Shown here in pieces: positions 26,540 to 41,975 of a stretch of DNA of 64,000 nucleotides. The position numbers were made by a program, and so were the translations under genes. Every line of letters begins with the position of its first letter. Within the stretch, counting starts at the first letter, position 1. The notes under the pieces were generated by a model that saw only the letters and a program-made list of their open reading frames with translations, made no database searches and was not told the origin of the DNA. This DNA comes from the human T2T-CHM13v2.0 reference genome, Homo sapiens, in the NCBI RefSeq assembly GCF_009914755.1, contig NC_060932.1, one strand, 5' to 3'.

Positions 26540-27690
26540 AACATAAGAGAAAGAGAAGCTTGTTGAGTGAGGATTCTCCACCACATTTTCTCAAGGACTT
26601 CAACCTTTGGCTCACTCTTCCTCCATACCCATATTCTGCCATGATCCTTAGTGACTCCAACGTCCAACACAAAATGTCACCACCGTTCAGCTCATCCCTC
26701 AGCATAGCTTGTAACTCATCAGCATTCAGAGATGCTCTCCTTCAAATATCTTGAGCATTAAATTTACCTTAGTTGATCCACATTGCCTCATACTTACCAA
26801 CTTTCTTGTACATCCTGAACCTACTTCTCTTCTTCCTGACTTCCAGACCCTTGACCCTTCCCCACCCTTCACTGGCCCTGCTCCATCCCATTCCTGCTTC
26901 TAGCCATAATCAATTTCAAGGGTGTTCTTAATAGCTACGGTGCACTTTCATTCTCCATGCTCTGCTAGTTTCCCACATTGGCAATGATCTCCACTGTTGG
27001 TCTATGCCGTACAACTCAGAATTGCTTCATTCATCTCAGGCAAACCCCCTTTCAGATTCTCTATAGTGCTGTGTTCTGAACCCTTAACATGCTCTTGAGA
27101 CCACAGTTCTACCTTTCACTGAAGGTCTTTTCTCCACTATGTTGAGACATTGGAGGATGTCTGTCAGGGGTTCTCATTCTTTTCTTCCCCTCACCCTTCA
27201 CAGCTTTACCCAGCCCTCCATCTTCCTTCCTGACCCAGAAGGTTCCCCTCCTTTCTAAGGGTGAGCCATCAAGGTCTACCAGAACCTTGCTCTGTGAACG
27301 ATCTCCTCTCTTCAATGTCTCTTCCTCAGTGATTCCCCCTTTGGCCTGCAAACATGCTACACACAAATGATTTTTTTTTCAGTTATCTAGACTTTTCAGA
27401 CTCCTTGAATGATTATTCCCCTTCTCTTTCTTGGTGAATCCTATGGAATATGTACTCAGCGCTTTTGGCTCCTACTGCCTTACCCGCTGTTTTATGACCT
27501 CCGCCTCCCTTTCTGGCTTTACCTCCATTCCCCACATGACTCGTCCTCAGGCCAATGCACATCCCCAGCTCCCTACCTTCTATCTCCATTTCTTCCTCCT
27601 TCTTTGCCTTCCCCCCAAAAAATTCTTTAAGGGTTATTCTCCATGGAGCCTTCTTGAGGCAGCACTTCTACAAATCCATGCTATCTTTCT
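26540..27690 (+). mobile_element. Old L2 fragment including endonuclease-like region
   Basis: ORF 26560 FLKDFNLWLT...MILSDSNVQ resembles the APE motif IILGDFNIH; pyrimidine-rich body. Confidence 0.55.
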
Positions 27691-27704
27691 ACCCAACTCT
27701 TATT

Positions 27705-28350
27705 TTTTTCTATTTTTACTGAGATACAATTGACATATGGTAAAATGCACCCAGCTTGATGAGTTTGGATAATTATGTAACCTGGGTGACCACCACCCAA
27801 ATAAAGACAGAACATTTCCAGCACCCCAGACATTTTCCCAGTTCTACTTTTCAGTCAACTGCCAACTTCACCAAGAGACAACACTATTCTGATTTCTATT
27901 ACCAGATATTAGTTTTTCCTGTGCTTGAACTTCATATAAATGGACTCACACACGGGTATGTATCATATTTAGCACTGCATACTGTTTCTGAGATTCACCC
28001 ACGCTGTTGCATTTATCAATAATTCATTCTTTTTGATTGCTGAGTACTATTCCATTATATAAATACACCACAGTTTGTTTATCCATTTTCCTGTTAAATG
28101 CATATTTAACTTTTTTTCAGTTTTTGGCATTTATGAGTAGAGCTACTATGTACGTACTTATACAAGTGTGCAAGTTTTATTTTCTTTCTTGGAAAAATAT
28201 CTAGGAGTGGGATTGCCGGGTCACAGGTTAAATATATGTTTAACTTTCTAAGAAGCTGTCAAACTATTTTCCAAAGTGGTTTTTACCCCTTTTCATTCTT
28301 CACATCCCACCAGCAGTGTGCATGGAGTCTGGTTGCTCCACATCCATCCC
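27705..28350 (-). mobile_element. L1M (L1ME-like) 3' end
   Basis: gagatacaattgacata...cttgaacttcatataaatgga...tgctgagtactattccatt...ctaggagtgggattgccgggtca. Confidence 0.8.
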
Positions 28351-29819
28351 CTACTTCTGTGTCCTCCTTCTTGGCTTTTTTTGGCATCACTGCCTATATT
28401 CTTAGAGCATCTTATCTCATCTCCCCTCCACTTGAGCTTCTGAGGGACTGCAGTTGTGCCTTCATCATCTCTGCACCCCCACACTCTAGCCTTCCTTAAA
28501 GCTCTAAATTTGTACAGAATAGGATAATATGGAATCCAGCGAAGGAGCCAGGGATTCGGGAGTTCTGTACAAACAACCAAGTGGCCCAACCAAATCAATA
28601 TGATCCGACTCACCCAGCAGTGTATTACAGTATTGCAGCTTGAATGTGGGGCTCCTGCGGCCATTTGTCACAGTCTTCAGGAAAGGCTTTTTATCAGATT
28701 CATAGTGGCAAGTGATACAGATTATTGGATTTCTTTTCCAACATAAAAAATAGCTATTTGCAGCCTTTTGAAGCTGGGTAAATGAGCCATTGATCTTACC
28801 TGTGGAACACCGCAGGGTATTTTTGTCCATCCTAACTTTCAATATTCTATGATGGGAGCCCACCCCTCCAGCCAAGCTGGTCTAATCATTATTCCTTGGG
28901 TGTGCCTGATCTGTATCCTCCTCCATACCTTTTCCCACAATGTAGAGAAAATTTTTAGTGGAAATGTCCTCCCTTTTCCTCCTCCTAGAAGCTGTCTTCA
29001 AGGCCTGGCACAAATGCCAGTACGTCTATGAAGGCTTCCCAGCTGCATCATCCTGTAGTAACTCTTCTCTCCCATGAATTATTACAACCTTCCCAGGATG
29101 AGATGACGGCCTCCCTCATAGCTTCCTGGACTTCTAAATAGAAAGAGGAATCTGAGAACAGAAGAGAGCTCCCTAAATGACAAGTGTACCCCAGATGTCT
29201 GTGGCCATGTCCCAGAAGGCCAGCTGCAATGCAGGGCCTCTCTTTTGATGTCCCTTGTTCACAACGAGCCATTTCACTTCTAGTCAGGACTATCTGCCTC
29301 CTACCATCATCTTGAAGCAATAAATTGCTTCAGACTGTGTTTCATCACTTACCAGTCAGTCAAGAGCTTGGGTTGCATTCAAGAGCACATGTTAGAGCAT
29401 TCTGTCTGCTGAGTGTGTGGGAAGGCACAGAGTAACATGGCCCTGCCTCATGTCGTCAGTGCAGGATGCTCATTTCCAAGGGGGACAAGAAACATTCAGC
29501 TTAAATTTGGTAAATATCTTGAACAAAACAAGAGGAGTCTAAAAACCCTCCAGGTTTCTTTTCTCTTATTCTGTCTCACTCTCTGTCAAAGCAAACCAGC
29601 ACCTGGTCTGTTTCTTCATATGCTCTGGGATATCTTCCCGAAGAACAGCCTGAAAAGCAGAGTCTTCTCTTGCCATTGTCCACACTGATCTCCAGGAAAT
29701 CCTTCATCTTTAACCCTGGAAAATGGCAGCTGGAGAACCAAGGAATACCACCCTCCCATGCTTCCTTATTTTCCCTTTCCAGCTTTGGTACTCCACTCTG
29801 TCCTCACCTCCCATTTCCT

Positions 29820-31110
29820 ATAAAATATGTTTATTCATTAAAAAGTATTTAATGCCTTATTTTTTATTATTTTTATTTTTTTTTTATTTTTTTTTTTGCT
29901 AAGACACTGTGGTAAGAATTAGAAGTCCAACAACAGACAAGATGAAAACAGTGTCTACTTCTGGGGCTTATATTTTACTAGGAGATATAGACACTCAACG
30001 AGTCATCTACAAAAGAGTATCCTGACTGCCATCTTAGTAAAAGTACAAGGACTGTGGGCATATGAGAGGGGCAAAGAGGCCAAGCTCAGGACATCTGGGA
30101 AGGCCTCAGAGAAGAACTGACCCATAAGCTGATGAGAGTTACCCAGAAGTCAGCTGGAAGCCATGAGGGTGGCATGGCACAGAGGACATGGGTGGGGGCA
30201 CCCAGCAACTGAGAGCATGGCACAATAAGGAAGCAGTGGCAGGTATGAGAGGGAGTGGTGAAGACAAAGCTGAAAAGGGCAGCAAGGATATTCCCATCAC
30301 AGGCCTTTCTTGTACGTTCTAAGAAAGAGTAGGGACTTATAGCAAAGGGGAGCCATTTATAAGCTCACACAGGGGAATGAGGGCATCCCTTTTGTGTTTG
30401 CAAAGGCCGTGCTGCAGCAGCACTGACAGCATGGATCAGAGGGCAACACTGGACAGGCGGGAAGACAGAGGAGACATGACAATGGCTTCCATGAGGGGAG
30501 GGGCAGTGCTGATGGCGTACATGGAGGCACTAGTGATGTCACGGAGAGGAAGGAGTAAAGGATGGGGCTCTGGTTTCAGGCTTGCGCCTCTGGGATAATC
30601 GTAGCACACCCACAGAAGTTGGGAAGACTAGAAGCTGCAGATCTAGGGACAGAGGGAAGCCATTTCGGGGATAGTTTGCTGTGTATCTGGGCCTCAGGAG
30701 AGGCCTGGACCATTGGGGTCACAAATCATCAAAACTTTGCTAGTCATGCTGCCCTGGGAGTGGGTTAGACAGCCCAGGAGAAGAGGAGGGATGCTAAGGA
30801 GCAGGCAGGTAAAGAGAAGCCCATGGAGAAGACTGCGGGGCCATCAGCGAGTGGGGGCAACCAGGAGAGAGGCTACCATGACAGGGCTTGGGGAAGAGTT
30901 TTGCAAGGAAGGCAGATGATCAAGCAGGTCCAGTGTCCCAGAAAGACCTTTTTTTGTTTTTGAGACAAGTCCTGTGCTGTCGCCCAGGCTGGAACCTCAA
31001 GAGGCTTGGCTCTGAAGGGAGGAGACAGAGAGAGCAGCAGCAGGAGAAGGGTGTGGGGTAAAAGAATGGGTTGGTTTAAGACAGGAGGAACATAAACAGG
31101 ACTTTAATGT
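29820..31110 (-). mobile_element. L2 (reverse)
   Basis: tttattcattaaaaagtatttaatgcct...ggggcttatattttactaggaga...; purine-rich reverse L2 body. Confidence 0.65.
30948..30993 (-). mobile_element. 45-bp Alu 3'-end fragment
   Basis: tttttttgtttttgagacaagtcctgtgctgtcgcccaggctgga. Confidence 0.8.
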
Positions 31111-31274
31111 GTTTTAGAATGAAGAGGATGAGTGAATGAATGTTTGGTGAGAAGCAATTACAGGATATAAAGCAAATAATTAGAATATAGGCACAGTGTT
31201 TACTGACTTAAACACTTAACAACAAAATTATATGATAGTGGACTGAATCCTCAGTTTGCAAAACAGAGAATTCA

Positions 31275-31460
31275 GTTCCATGTGGTGGAGGCAGCATAGT
31301 GAGCAGGTTCTGGAGCAAACCTCTGTGGTGCATTCCCAGTTGAGGGTGGCTAAGGGCAAGTGACCTAATCTCTCTACCAGAAATGGAGATAATCACACCC
31401 ATCTCTCAGGCAACAACAACTGAGCTCAGTTAGAGCGCAACAAATGTCAGCTCTAATCAG
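31275..31460 (+). mobile_element. MIR
   Basis: gcagcatagtgagcaggttctggagc...gggcaagtgacctaatctctct...aaatggagataat. Confidence 0.65.
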
Positions 31461-32024
31461 CTACTGAAACCTAACATTAAGGGAATAAAACGTATCTGGT
31501 GGATACTCACCCAGTCTGCTAAAGGTACAGAAAAATGTGTTCATGTGCTGTTGATTTCTAAACTGCTGAAACTCAGACCAGTCCTCAAGAGCTGGGCCTG
31601 TTCCAACTGTGGAAACACTTAGGGTTTGTATTGTTTGGCTACAACGTGGGCAGCAGAGTGTCCATCACGAAGGCCATGTGTGCACAGCCAAGAAAACTCT
31701 TTTAGGTTCCTACCTGTCTCTTTCCAGAGCCATCCCTCTGGATTTCAGATGAGATTTCCCTATTAAGGAGGGATGCCAAATGCTGGGGATTTCATAATAC
31801 TCCCAACCCCAGGCACCAGATTTGTGTAATTGCAGTGGTGGAGATTTAATTGTCCTTTGAAGAGGCCCCATACTGTTTGTCTGTCAAATTGTCTGCATGT
31901 TGGTGCAGTTGAAATTATAGGAGAAGAGGAAACCAGGGGTATGTTTCAAAGTAGTTGGCACGTGGTTGGTGATCCATAGTGCAGGTTTCCTTTCTGGAAG
32001 GTAACAGGACTGTGTTCTCATAAG

Positions 32025-32230
32025 GCAGCATGGCAGGGTGGAAGCCATATGGGATTTGCCCTCGAATTTCAGCGCTGCCGTTGAGCAGCTGTATGAACTT
32101 GAGCTATTTGCATATCTTCTTGAACTTTTTTGCTCCTCTGTGAATGAAGCCATTGCACCAGCATGTTTTCAGGATTAAGTGAGACAATATGTGGAAGTGC
32201 CTGGCACACAGTAGGTGTTCAGTATTTTTT
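32025..32230 (+). mobile_element. MIR
   Basis: agctgtatgaacttgagc...ggattaagtgagacaatatgtggaagtgcctggcacacagtaggtgttcagta. Confidence 0.7.
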
Positions 32231-35064
32231 TATTTTCCATTCTCTGTGTCCTTGTTTTGACTACCAGGTAACTATGTTTACCCTCAGAGATCTGATGTAT
32301 TTCTTCATATCAAGTATATATCAAGAATTTCATCCCTCATCCTAATGCATTAAACTCACTGCATGGAAGTTATACCATTACCTAGACTCACCACGGTCTT
32401 GTCAGACACCAGCAGAGTTTTGTGTGGCTGCAATAGAGATGTTATTGCCAGTTGTCAGTATTGAAATGAGGCACTCCTTCATCCTTCAGTGAAATCTGTG
32501 CAGGCATTTTCCTTTCTCTGGTTAAACATTTTATAGTCTCCTTTAAAAACAATGCCCTCATTTCATTTCCTCTCTCTGGCTGGACTCTTCTCCTCCCTCC
32601 TGCTTTCCTAAAATCCATCTTGTTTCCCTGTACTGTTTGCTGAATGGGCAGTTTAATGAATACAGCATTTCCATTTTGAAATGTACAGAGCACAAGGCAG
32701 AAACTGAATTTCCTCCTGGACAGTTTCCATCCACAGTCCTCATTTCCAGTTTTCTCCCTTCTTTTCTTTTCTACAACACAACTGAAATTTGCTGAACCAG
32801 AAAGGGGAGGAAGGAGGTGTGACAGGAGAGGCAATATGCCTTCTCATTGTTTCAGCAAAAGCTTATTAGCATCCTGCTCCCTAGAAGAGACCAAGTGCCC
32901 TAAAGATGCCCTGGGTGCCTCTTCTATTGCACAAAGCTCAAGGTCCAGAGTATACAGTGCATGACAGAATCTAATTACCAAGATAATTACTGTTACCTGC
33001 ACTACCTAACTGTTGTGTTTTGTAATCAAAAGCTATATTGGCAGGGGTGAGTGTGAGCCTGCTGAAAACTCAGGGAAACTGTTGAAGGTTTATCAACCCG
33101 AAGCAATTTTACTCTAGTTAGTGGGCCTGTGTTGCTCAGTTAGCAGAATGTTTGGGGATCAGAAGAATACCCCAGAGCACTTCAGCCATTGCATAGACAT
33201 TAGTTACCGGGTAGGAATATCCTCAGCTGACTCAGGTATTCATGTTGTTGAAACCAGACTTCATGGCAATTTGAAAACGTCTGTGCCATTTTTAAATTTG
33301 TTCTCGAAATAGTTGATCAGTACCTGACTTAGCCTTCATTTGGCATTCGGTGAAGGAGAAATTGATTTCCTTTGGGCATGGCTGTATGTACCTGATGGGT
33401 ACAGCGTGTGCTAAGCTGGATGTAGGTATGTATTCATACTATCACCACCTGCTTCATATTCATTATGGCACAAGGTTACAAATTGGCTTTCTGTTTCCCA
33501 TCTCAGCCAGCTCTAGTTAATTTATGTCTTTACCTCTGTGCTTCACACACTAAAGAAATGGAGTTTCTACTTTAAAAATCAGGTGTATTGAAAAAATGGT
33601 TATAATTGTTTTTTTAAATTTTTAAAGAAATTCCAAGTGGAAAACAAGGAATAAGTTGCAAAAGAGTATGAAAAGTTTGGTAATAAAGGCAAGGACACTT
33701 AAAAGGAGGGAGTAAAATAACAAAGCAAAATGGGTGAGGCTGACAGGCTATAAATTGAAAAGGGAGAAGGGGTCAAGGAAAATGCAGACAGGAAGAAAAG
33801 AGACAGAAAAAGAAATGATAGGGCCTTGAGTAATGGACTCAGAAAAGGAAATAGGAAAAGTTAAGACCAAAGTAAGAATTATGGAGACAAAAGTCAAAGA
33901 CATCCAGGTCTCAAGAATTACAGGTTATTGGTGGCCTGGGAGGTAGTGAAGAGGGGCTAGGCATATCCCTCATGAAGTTAGATGTCTGAATTCCTCAGGA
34001 CAGTGTGACAGTCAGGGAGAATGTCCCCTGAATATGCTAATTCAGACTCTAAAATAAGAGCCAGCCAGATTCATTACCATGGTTGGCCAGCCTGTAATGG
34101 CAACAGAATTCACTGATGCATATTAAACTGAATTTTTCTAACCAAGGTCTTAAATAAACAGACACCAGCTATAACTGAAAATTAGAATAAGGCCTTCAGT
34201 GGTGACTATTTCTGTAGGGAAAGTCTGAAAACCCTTAACATGGTTTTTTTCCAAATTTTTAGAAATTTGTGGTTCTTAAGGCTGCTTAGTATGTTAGCAA
34301 TTGCTCCAGTGCAGGACTGTGTGGATCCCTCTGGTATTTTCTTTTAACTTTCTGCAAGGCAGAGAGTGTGGCTGACCTGTGATATAAATGAAACCCCGTG
34401 GCAGGAACATTAACTCCATCTACAACAAAGGAACATGTAGAGATTTGGATTCTAATGAAAATAATAGAAGCTCCTTCTCCCAAAGTTGGGAAATACAGAG
34501 GAGGTCTTCTCAGCCAGTCCAAATTTGCAAAACCAGAATCATCACAGAAAGGTAGATAATAGGAGGCCTAAGAGAAAGCTCAGTTGTCCTTTGGCCTATG
34601 GCCTTTGGGCTTGCTGTAGATCCTCTGTTGGCAACTGGATGCTCTGTTGAGTCCAGGAATTGATGATAACCAGTAGTTTGTGGGTAGATTTCCATGTTGA
34701 GCACTGCCTTCAGCTAAGTGCTTTCAGTTGCCTCTTGTTATGGTTGGAGCTGAATGACCTTTGTTTACGTGTGTTTCAGGCTAACTGATGAATTACAAGA
34801 TTTTCACCAATGAGTGGGAAATGTAGCGATAATTATTCAGACTGATTTATATTTGTCTTTGGGCTGGTTTTTCATGTATATTTTTAGACATTTTAATATA
34901 TTTGGATCTGATTTTTTATAAAATCATGAGGTTCTCTTTATGCTCAAGTGCTGCCAAGAAGTTGGACAGCCCTCCTGTTCTTCTCCCAGTTCCCCAGTCC
35001 CTATTCCAGATGAGGGGATGCAGAGTTAGTTGTCCATTCATTCAACAAACATTTATTCAGCAGT

Positions 35065-35179
35065 TAGAGTGACTATCTCATCTCAGTTTCCCTGAGACTT
35101 TTCTGGTTTGAGCACTGAAAAGTTCTATATTCTAGGAAACTCCTCAACCTCAGGCCAGCCAAGACAGTTGGTTACCTTA
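35065..35179. mobile_element. MER81-like hAT-Blackjack MITE inserted in an L2 tail
   Basis: Termini tagagtgact / ggttacctta; internal agcactgaaaagt. Confidence 0.7.
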
Positions 35180-35248
35180 TCATCTACCATGTTCCAATAG
35201 AGCTAGGAGAGACCCTAGAAATCATGACAATTTCTTTATTATTATTAA

Positions 35249-35587
<339 letters not shown>

Positions 35588-36411
35588 ATTCTGATTTCTA
35601 CACACCCATTTTAAAGTGCCAGTTAAAGCCAAGGAGACCTCTTTATCAATTTGTTTTCCTTCTGATTCACACATTCCCTGGATTGGAAGAGATAATTAAG
35701 TTCTATGGTTGAAGATGTTATCTTCAGGCTGCATTAAAGAATAAAATTAAATAAAAGGTCATGCAGTGTGCCAATAAGAGTTTTACAAGCCAGTTGGAAT
35801 TTGAAAATTAGAGAGTCAAAAAGATAAAGTGAATCAAAAATCATTTATTTAGTATTGAGGTACCTTTTGGTACATCAAAGAGATCATTTATAAAATAGTA
35901 TAATGTAAGGAAGTTGAAAGAATGAACTACAGTGGAATACTATTATTATATCTACTTATGCCTTTTTTTCTGGAAAATGTTCACAATGATGTGAAAGGAT
36001 CTAAGACCAGCCTGGCAGCCACCAGATGGTGATTCTAGTCCTGGCTCAGTCAGTAATAGGTCACTGACCCCAGAGAAATCAATTCAGCCTCCCCAGGTCC
36101 TTGGATTTCTTTCTGTGAAAATGAAAGCATAGGTAGGAATTTCCCATGGAACAGCTAGCAGAGGAGAAATATTAAAAGTCAGGAGACTCATGCTATAGTT
36201 TTCATACTTCATTACAACAATGTTGTTTAGGACAAGTGAGTTAACCTGTTAGCTTCCTCTATATAAAATGGAAAGTCATTAAAAACCTACATAGCAGGGT
36301 TCTTGTGAAGATCAAGTGATAATGTAGGAAGCATGTACAAATGTCACATTCTGCCGTCACGTAATGGTCCTCACAGCTTGAGGTAGCATTTAGCATGTGT
36401 CATGATTTAGT

Positions 36412-36748
36412 ACAAGGGTTGGCAAACTGTTGCTCTTGGATTAAGTCTGGCTCATTGCCTGTTTTTCAAAGAAAAAAATTGTATATGTGTGTATATATGT
36501 TATATATAGGTACACACACATATGTGCTATATATAGCATATATACACACATAATATATAAACATGTACATATATAGCATTATATATATACGTGTATAATA
36601 TCTCCAGTCCTCATGACCAGCCATGCTTGTTCATTTACATTTGCATACTCTATGATTGCTTTCATGCAACAATGGCAGAGTTGAGTGATTGTTTTGCAAC
36701 AGAGACTGTATGGCCCACTAAACCTAAAATATTTAGTCTCTGACCCTG
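36412..36748 (+). mobile_element. MER58A-like element split by a (TA)/(TG)/(CA) low-complexity tract at 36480-36600
   Basis: caagggttggcaaact...aatggcagagttgagt...agagactgtatggcccactaaacctaaaatattt. Confidence 0.8.
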
Positions 36749-36769
36749 AAATGTAAGATTGATAGCCCA

Positions 36770-37117
<348 letters not shown>

Positions 37118-37990
37118 TCAGGTTAATGATTTATTGTTTCTGATTCTGTTTCTTACACTGTAAAAAAAAAAAAAAATGGTGGGGGGGAATACAAATCCAG
37201 CCCCTTCTTTCCTCACAGAAATGTTGTTAAGATAGATAAGAAAACAAAAGCATTGATCTCTTCTGGAGGAAAGATGATTTAAATTCAAAGTATTACTCAT
37301 AAGGTGGATGCTGTTAGATGACTCAGAAATGATGACTGATGTGTTATTATTATTCTCTGAAATTAGTTCCCTCATGTACCTCAGTGGGGGATTACTTAGA
37401 ACAGCGATAGCATACAGACCCCTGCATCGTGACACTACATCAAAAGCTAAGATACTGCACCAGAATCTAATTTAATCACAGTACCCAGTCAGGAGTGAGT
37501 TTTAATTGTTTCTTTATCCCTTTATCCTCTGAAGACTGTCATTAACATTTACAAGACATGAACTTCAGATCATGCCAACATCTCTGCTGAGGTCACCTGG
37601 CAGCTAGCCATTTTAGTCCATGATCAAGACAGAGGGGCCTTCTGGGCACATGAGGAGGGACAAGACAGAACAGTAGTGGTGGTAGCACATAAGCTGGTTT
37701 ACAGAGCAAATACCAAAGATAGGCTTGTTTCTGTTAAAACTTGAATTTATATTTTATTCTTGGACACATGACTGATATCCAGGCTGACTAAGAACATACA
37801 CAAGTAAATAACAAAACTTTGTCTAACACGTATAAATATTAGGACCTCCTTTTTCCCCAAGAATCCCCTCAAACCTCTAGGGAGGATCTCCCTAAAGGAG
37901 CAGCTCTTCATGTGGCTGAAAGCAGCCACATAAGGAGGCTAAGGCTGGCCTCTGAAAGTTACCTCGGCCCAGGTGCAGCCCATTTATAGA

Positions 37991-38255
37991 CCCTCTATAC
38001 CCAACTCCAGATTTATGGCATAGATAAATTAGTGGGCAATCATTTGCTCTATAAAATGATTCTTCATTTTACAAGCTTATTCACTGCCGCATTCCTTTAC
38101 TGATCTATTCCTTTACTGATCTATTCCTTTACTGATCCCTCTATACACAACTCCAGATTTATGGCACAGATAAATTAGTGGGCAATCATTTGCTCTATAA
38201 AATGATTCTTCATTTTACAAGTTTATTCACTGCCACATTCCTTTACTGATCTATT
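37991..38255. repeat. 119-bp direct duplication with reiterated 16-mer at the junction
   Basis: Copies 37991-38109 and 38137-38255, 4 mismatches. Confidence 0.95.
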
Positions 38256-38589
38256 GCCACTAGTGCAGTTCCAATAAAATCTCATTGTTAGAAATCCAGT
38301 ACACAAATGCTTTTTCACTGCTAACCTGGATGGAAAGATGAAGAATACAATGCACTTATAATCCCCTTAGATCTTATGATGTGGCTTTGGTCAAAGTCTT
38401 CTGTTCTCAGTTTAGGAGCTTAATGTTCCTTGGTACTTACAATTGACAGGGAGAGACAGGACAAAAGATTCTTTAAAATAACAATGAAACAATATGTGAT
38501 TTCATTAACTAACTTGCTCTAATTATCTGCATGAGATTTTTAATAAAAGGATCAGTCATACAGAAATAAGCTAACTGGCCTTTTGATGA

Positions 38590-38850
38590 TGAGTAATAAT
38601 GATACTGACAATAGCTACCATATTGAGCATTACCATGTGCCCCATAGCATTCTAACTCATTAACTCATTGAAGCTAAAACCTAAAAGGTAAGTATAATTA
38701 TTTTCATTTCTGTATTACAGATGAAGAAATTAAGGCACAGAGAAGTAAAATATCCTACCTCATGTCACAAGCTGCTATATTTGGAGTCAATATTCAAACT
38801 CAGTGGCACTGACTTTATAATTTTGCTACTAAATAGTTACAGTGCTGTAT
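38590..38850 (-). mobile_element. MIR
   Basis: atagctaccatattgagcattaccatgtgcc...ttacagatgaagaaattaaggcacagagaagt. Confidence 0.8.
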
Positions 38851-40306
38851 TGACAAGTAAAGCAACTGTCAGGTGCTGAAATGTAGGAGCAAGAGCAATA
38901 CATAACATGTGTTCTACCTTCAAGAAACTAATAAGAATTTCTGCCTCAGGCCATTAGAGAAAAACTGGTTTGGGACTTGTCCTTTGCCATAAAATGAAAG
39001 AAAAAAGGAAAACTGGACAAAATATATCAAACAACTAATTTCATACCTTGGACAACAGGAAGGTTGTTGTTGGACAACAGGAAGCCAAAGTGGAAAGAAC
39101 TTGTTGGGTATATAGTAAATTGAACAGAGACCCTAGAAGGGCCTTGGTGTAATAGTAAGGCTAAACTAGCCCTAGAATCAAGATTATTTTAGACTCACTC
39201 TGGTAAAACTTAAAAACAAGACTTGAAAGGATCAAGTACATCTAGAGCTGCCAAAACAATAGCCAACACTTTTTAAAGGAAAAAAAGACAATCTAGACAG
39301 ACACTCAACATGTAAAATTTATTATATCTATCATTCAATCAAAAATTACTAGACATGTAAAGAAGCAAGAAAATATGACCCACAACTAGAACACCCACTG
39401 AAGAGAAGCAGACCTAGAAATGATAGTGATGATGAAATTTGTAGACAGGCACTATAAGCAACTATTATACATATATTCAAGGATTTAAGAGAAATCAGAA
39501 ACATAATGAAAAGAGAAATGGAAACTATAGAAAAGGAATCAAATGTAATTCTATAACTGAAAAATACAATATATGAAATAAAAAAATTCACCTTATGGGC
39601 TCAACAGTAGATTAGATACTGCCAAATAAAAGATACATGAACTCGAAAAGATAGTGATAGAAGCAATTCAAACTGAAGATAAAATGAGGCTGAAGATAAA
39701 AAGGCTCTTGTAAAAATAAGAACAGAGTCTCATTTTTAAATAAAAATAAACAGAGTCTCCATGACCTGTGGGACAACATCAAGCAGACTAACATATATGT
39801 AAATGGAGTCCCAGAAAATGTCAGGGTAATGGCAAAAAAACCTGAGGAATTAATGACTACAATTTTTCCAAATGTAATAACAACTATAAACTGACATATC
39901 CAAGAAACTCAATAAAACCCAAGCATGATAAGCGACAAGAAAATCATTACAATCAACTAGTCAGAAAGCAGCAATACAAAAAAAACTTAAAAGCCTCCAG
40001 AGAGTTGAAACACATTATATAAAAAAGAAAAAGATGAGAATAATCACTGATGTTTTTTGAGAAAATGCAATGTCTTGTAGAAGACAATGGGTGACATCTT
40101 TAAAGTGCGTGAACAAAAATCTGCCCACCTAGAATTCTATAATCAGCAAAAATATTCCTCAAAAATAAGAATGAAATTAAGAATTTTTTAGACAAACAAA
40201 ATTTGATGAGCAATTTTTTCACCACTCTAAGAAATGTCGAAGGGAATTTATCAAGTCAAAATAAAATAATGGGAACTCAGATTTGCACAAAAGAGAAAAG
40301 TTTCTA

Positions 40307-41377
<1,071 letters not shown>

Positions 41378-41698
41378 TCAGTAATTACATTAGGCATAAA
41401 TAGACTAACCATGCCCCATTAAAAGACAGAAATCGTCAAACTGAATAAAAAAAGCAAGATTCAGTTATATTCTATTTACAAAAAAAATATTTTAAATATA
41501 AAAATAGCTAGGTTAGATATAAATGGATAGAAAAAGATATACAGCAAATTCTGTATACGTGAAGGCTGTCATAATTGTACTATCTGAAAAAGTTGGCTTC
41601 AAAATAGAGAACATTATTAGAGAGGAGGAGGGACATTTTATAATGGTAAAATAATCTATTCATCAATAAGACACAGTGATCTTAAAAGTAAATTCACT

Positions 41699-41975
<277 letters not shown>

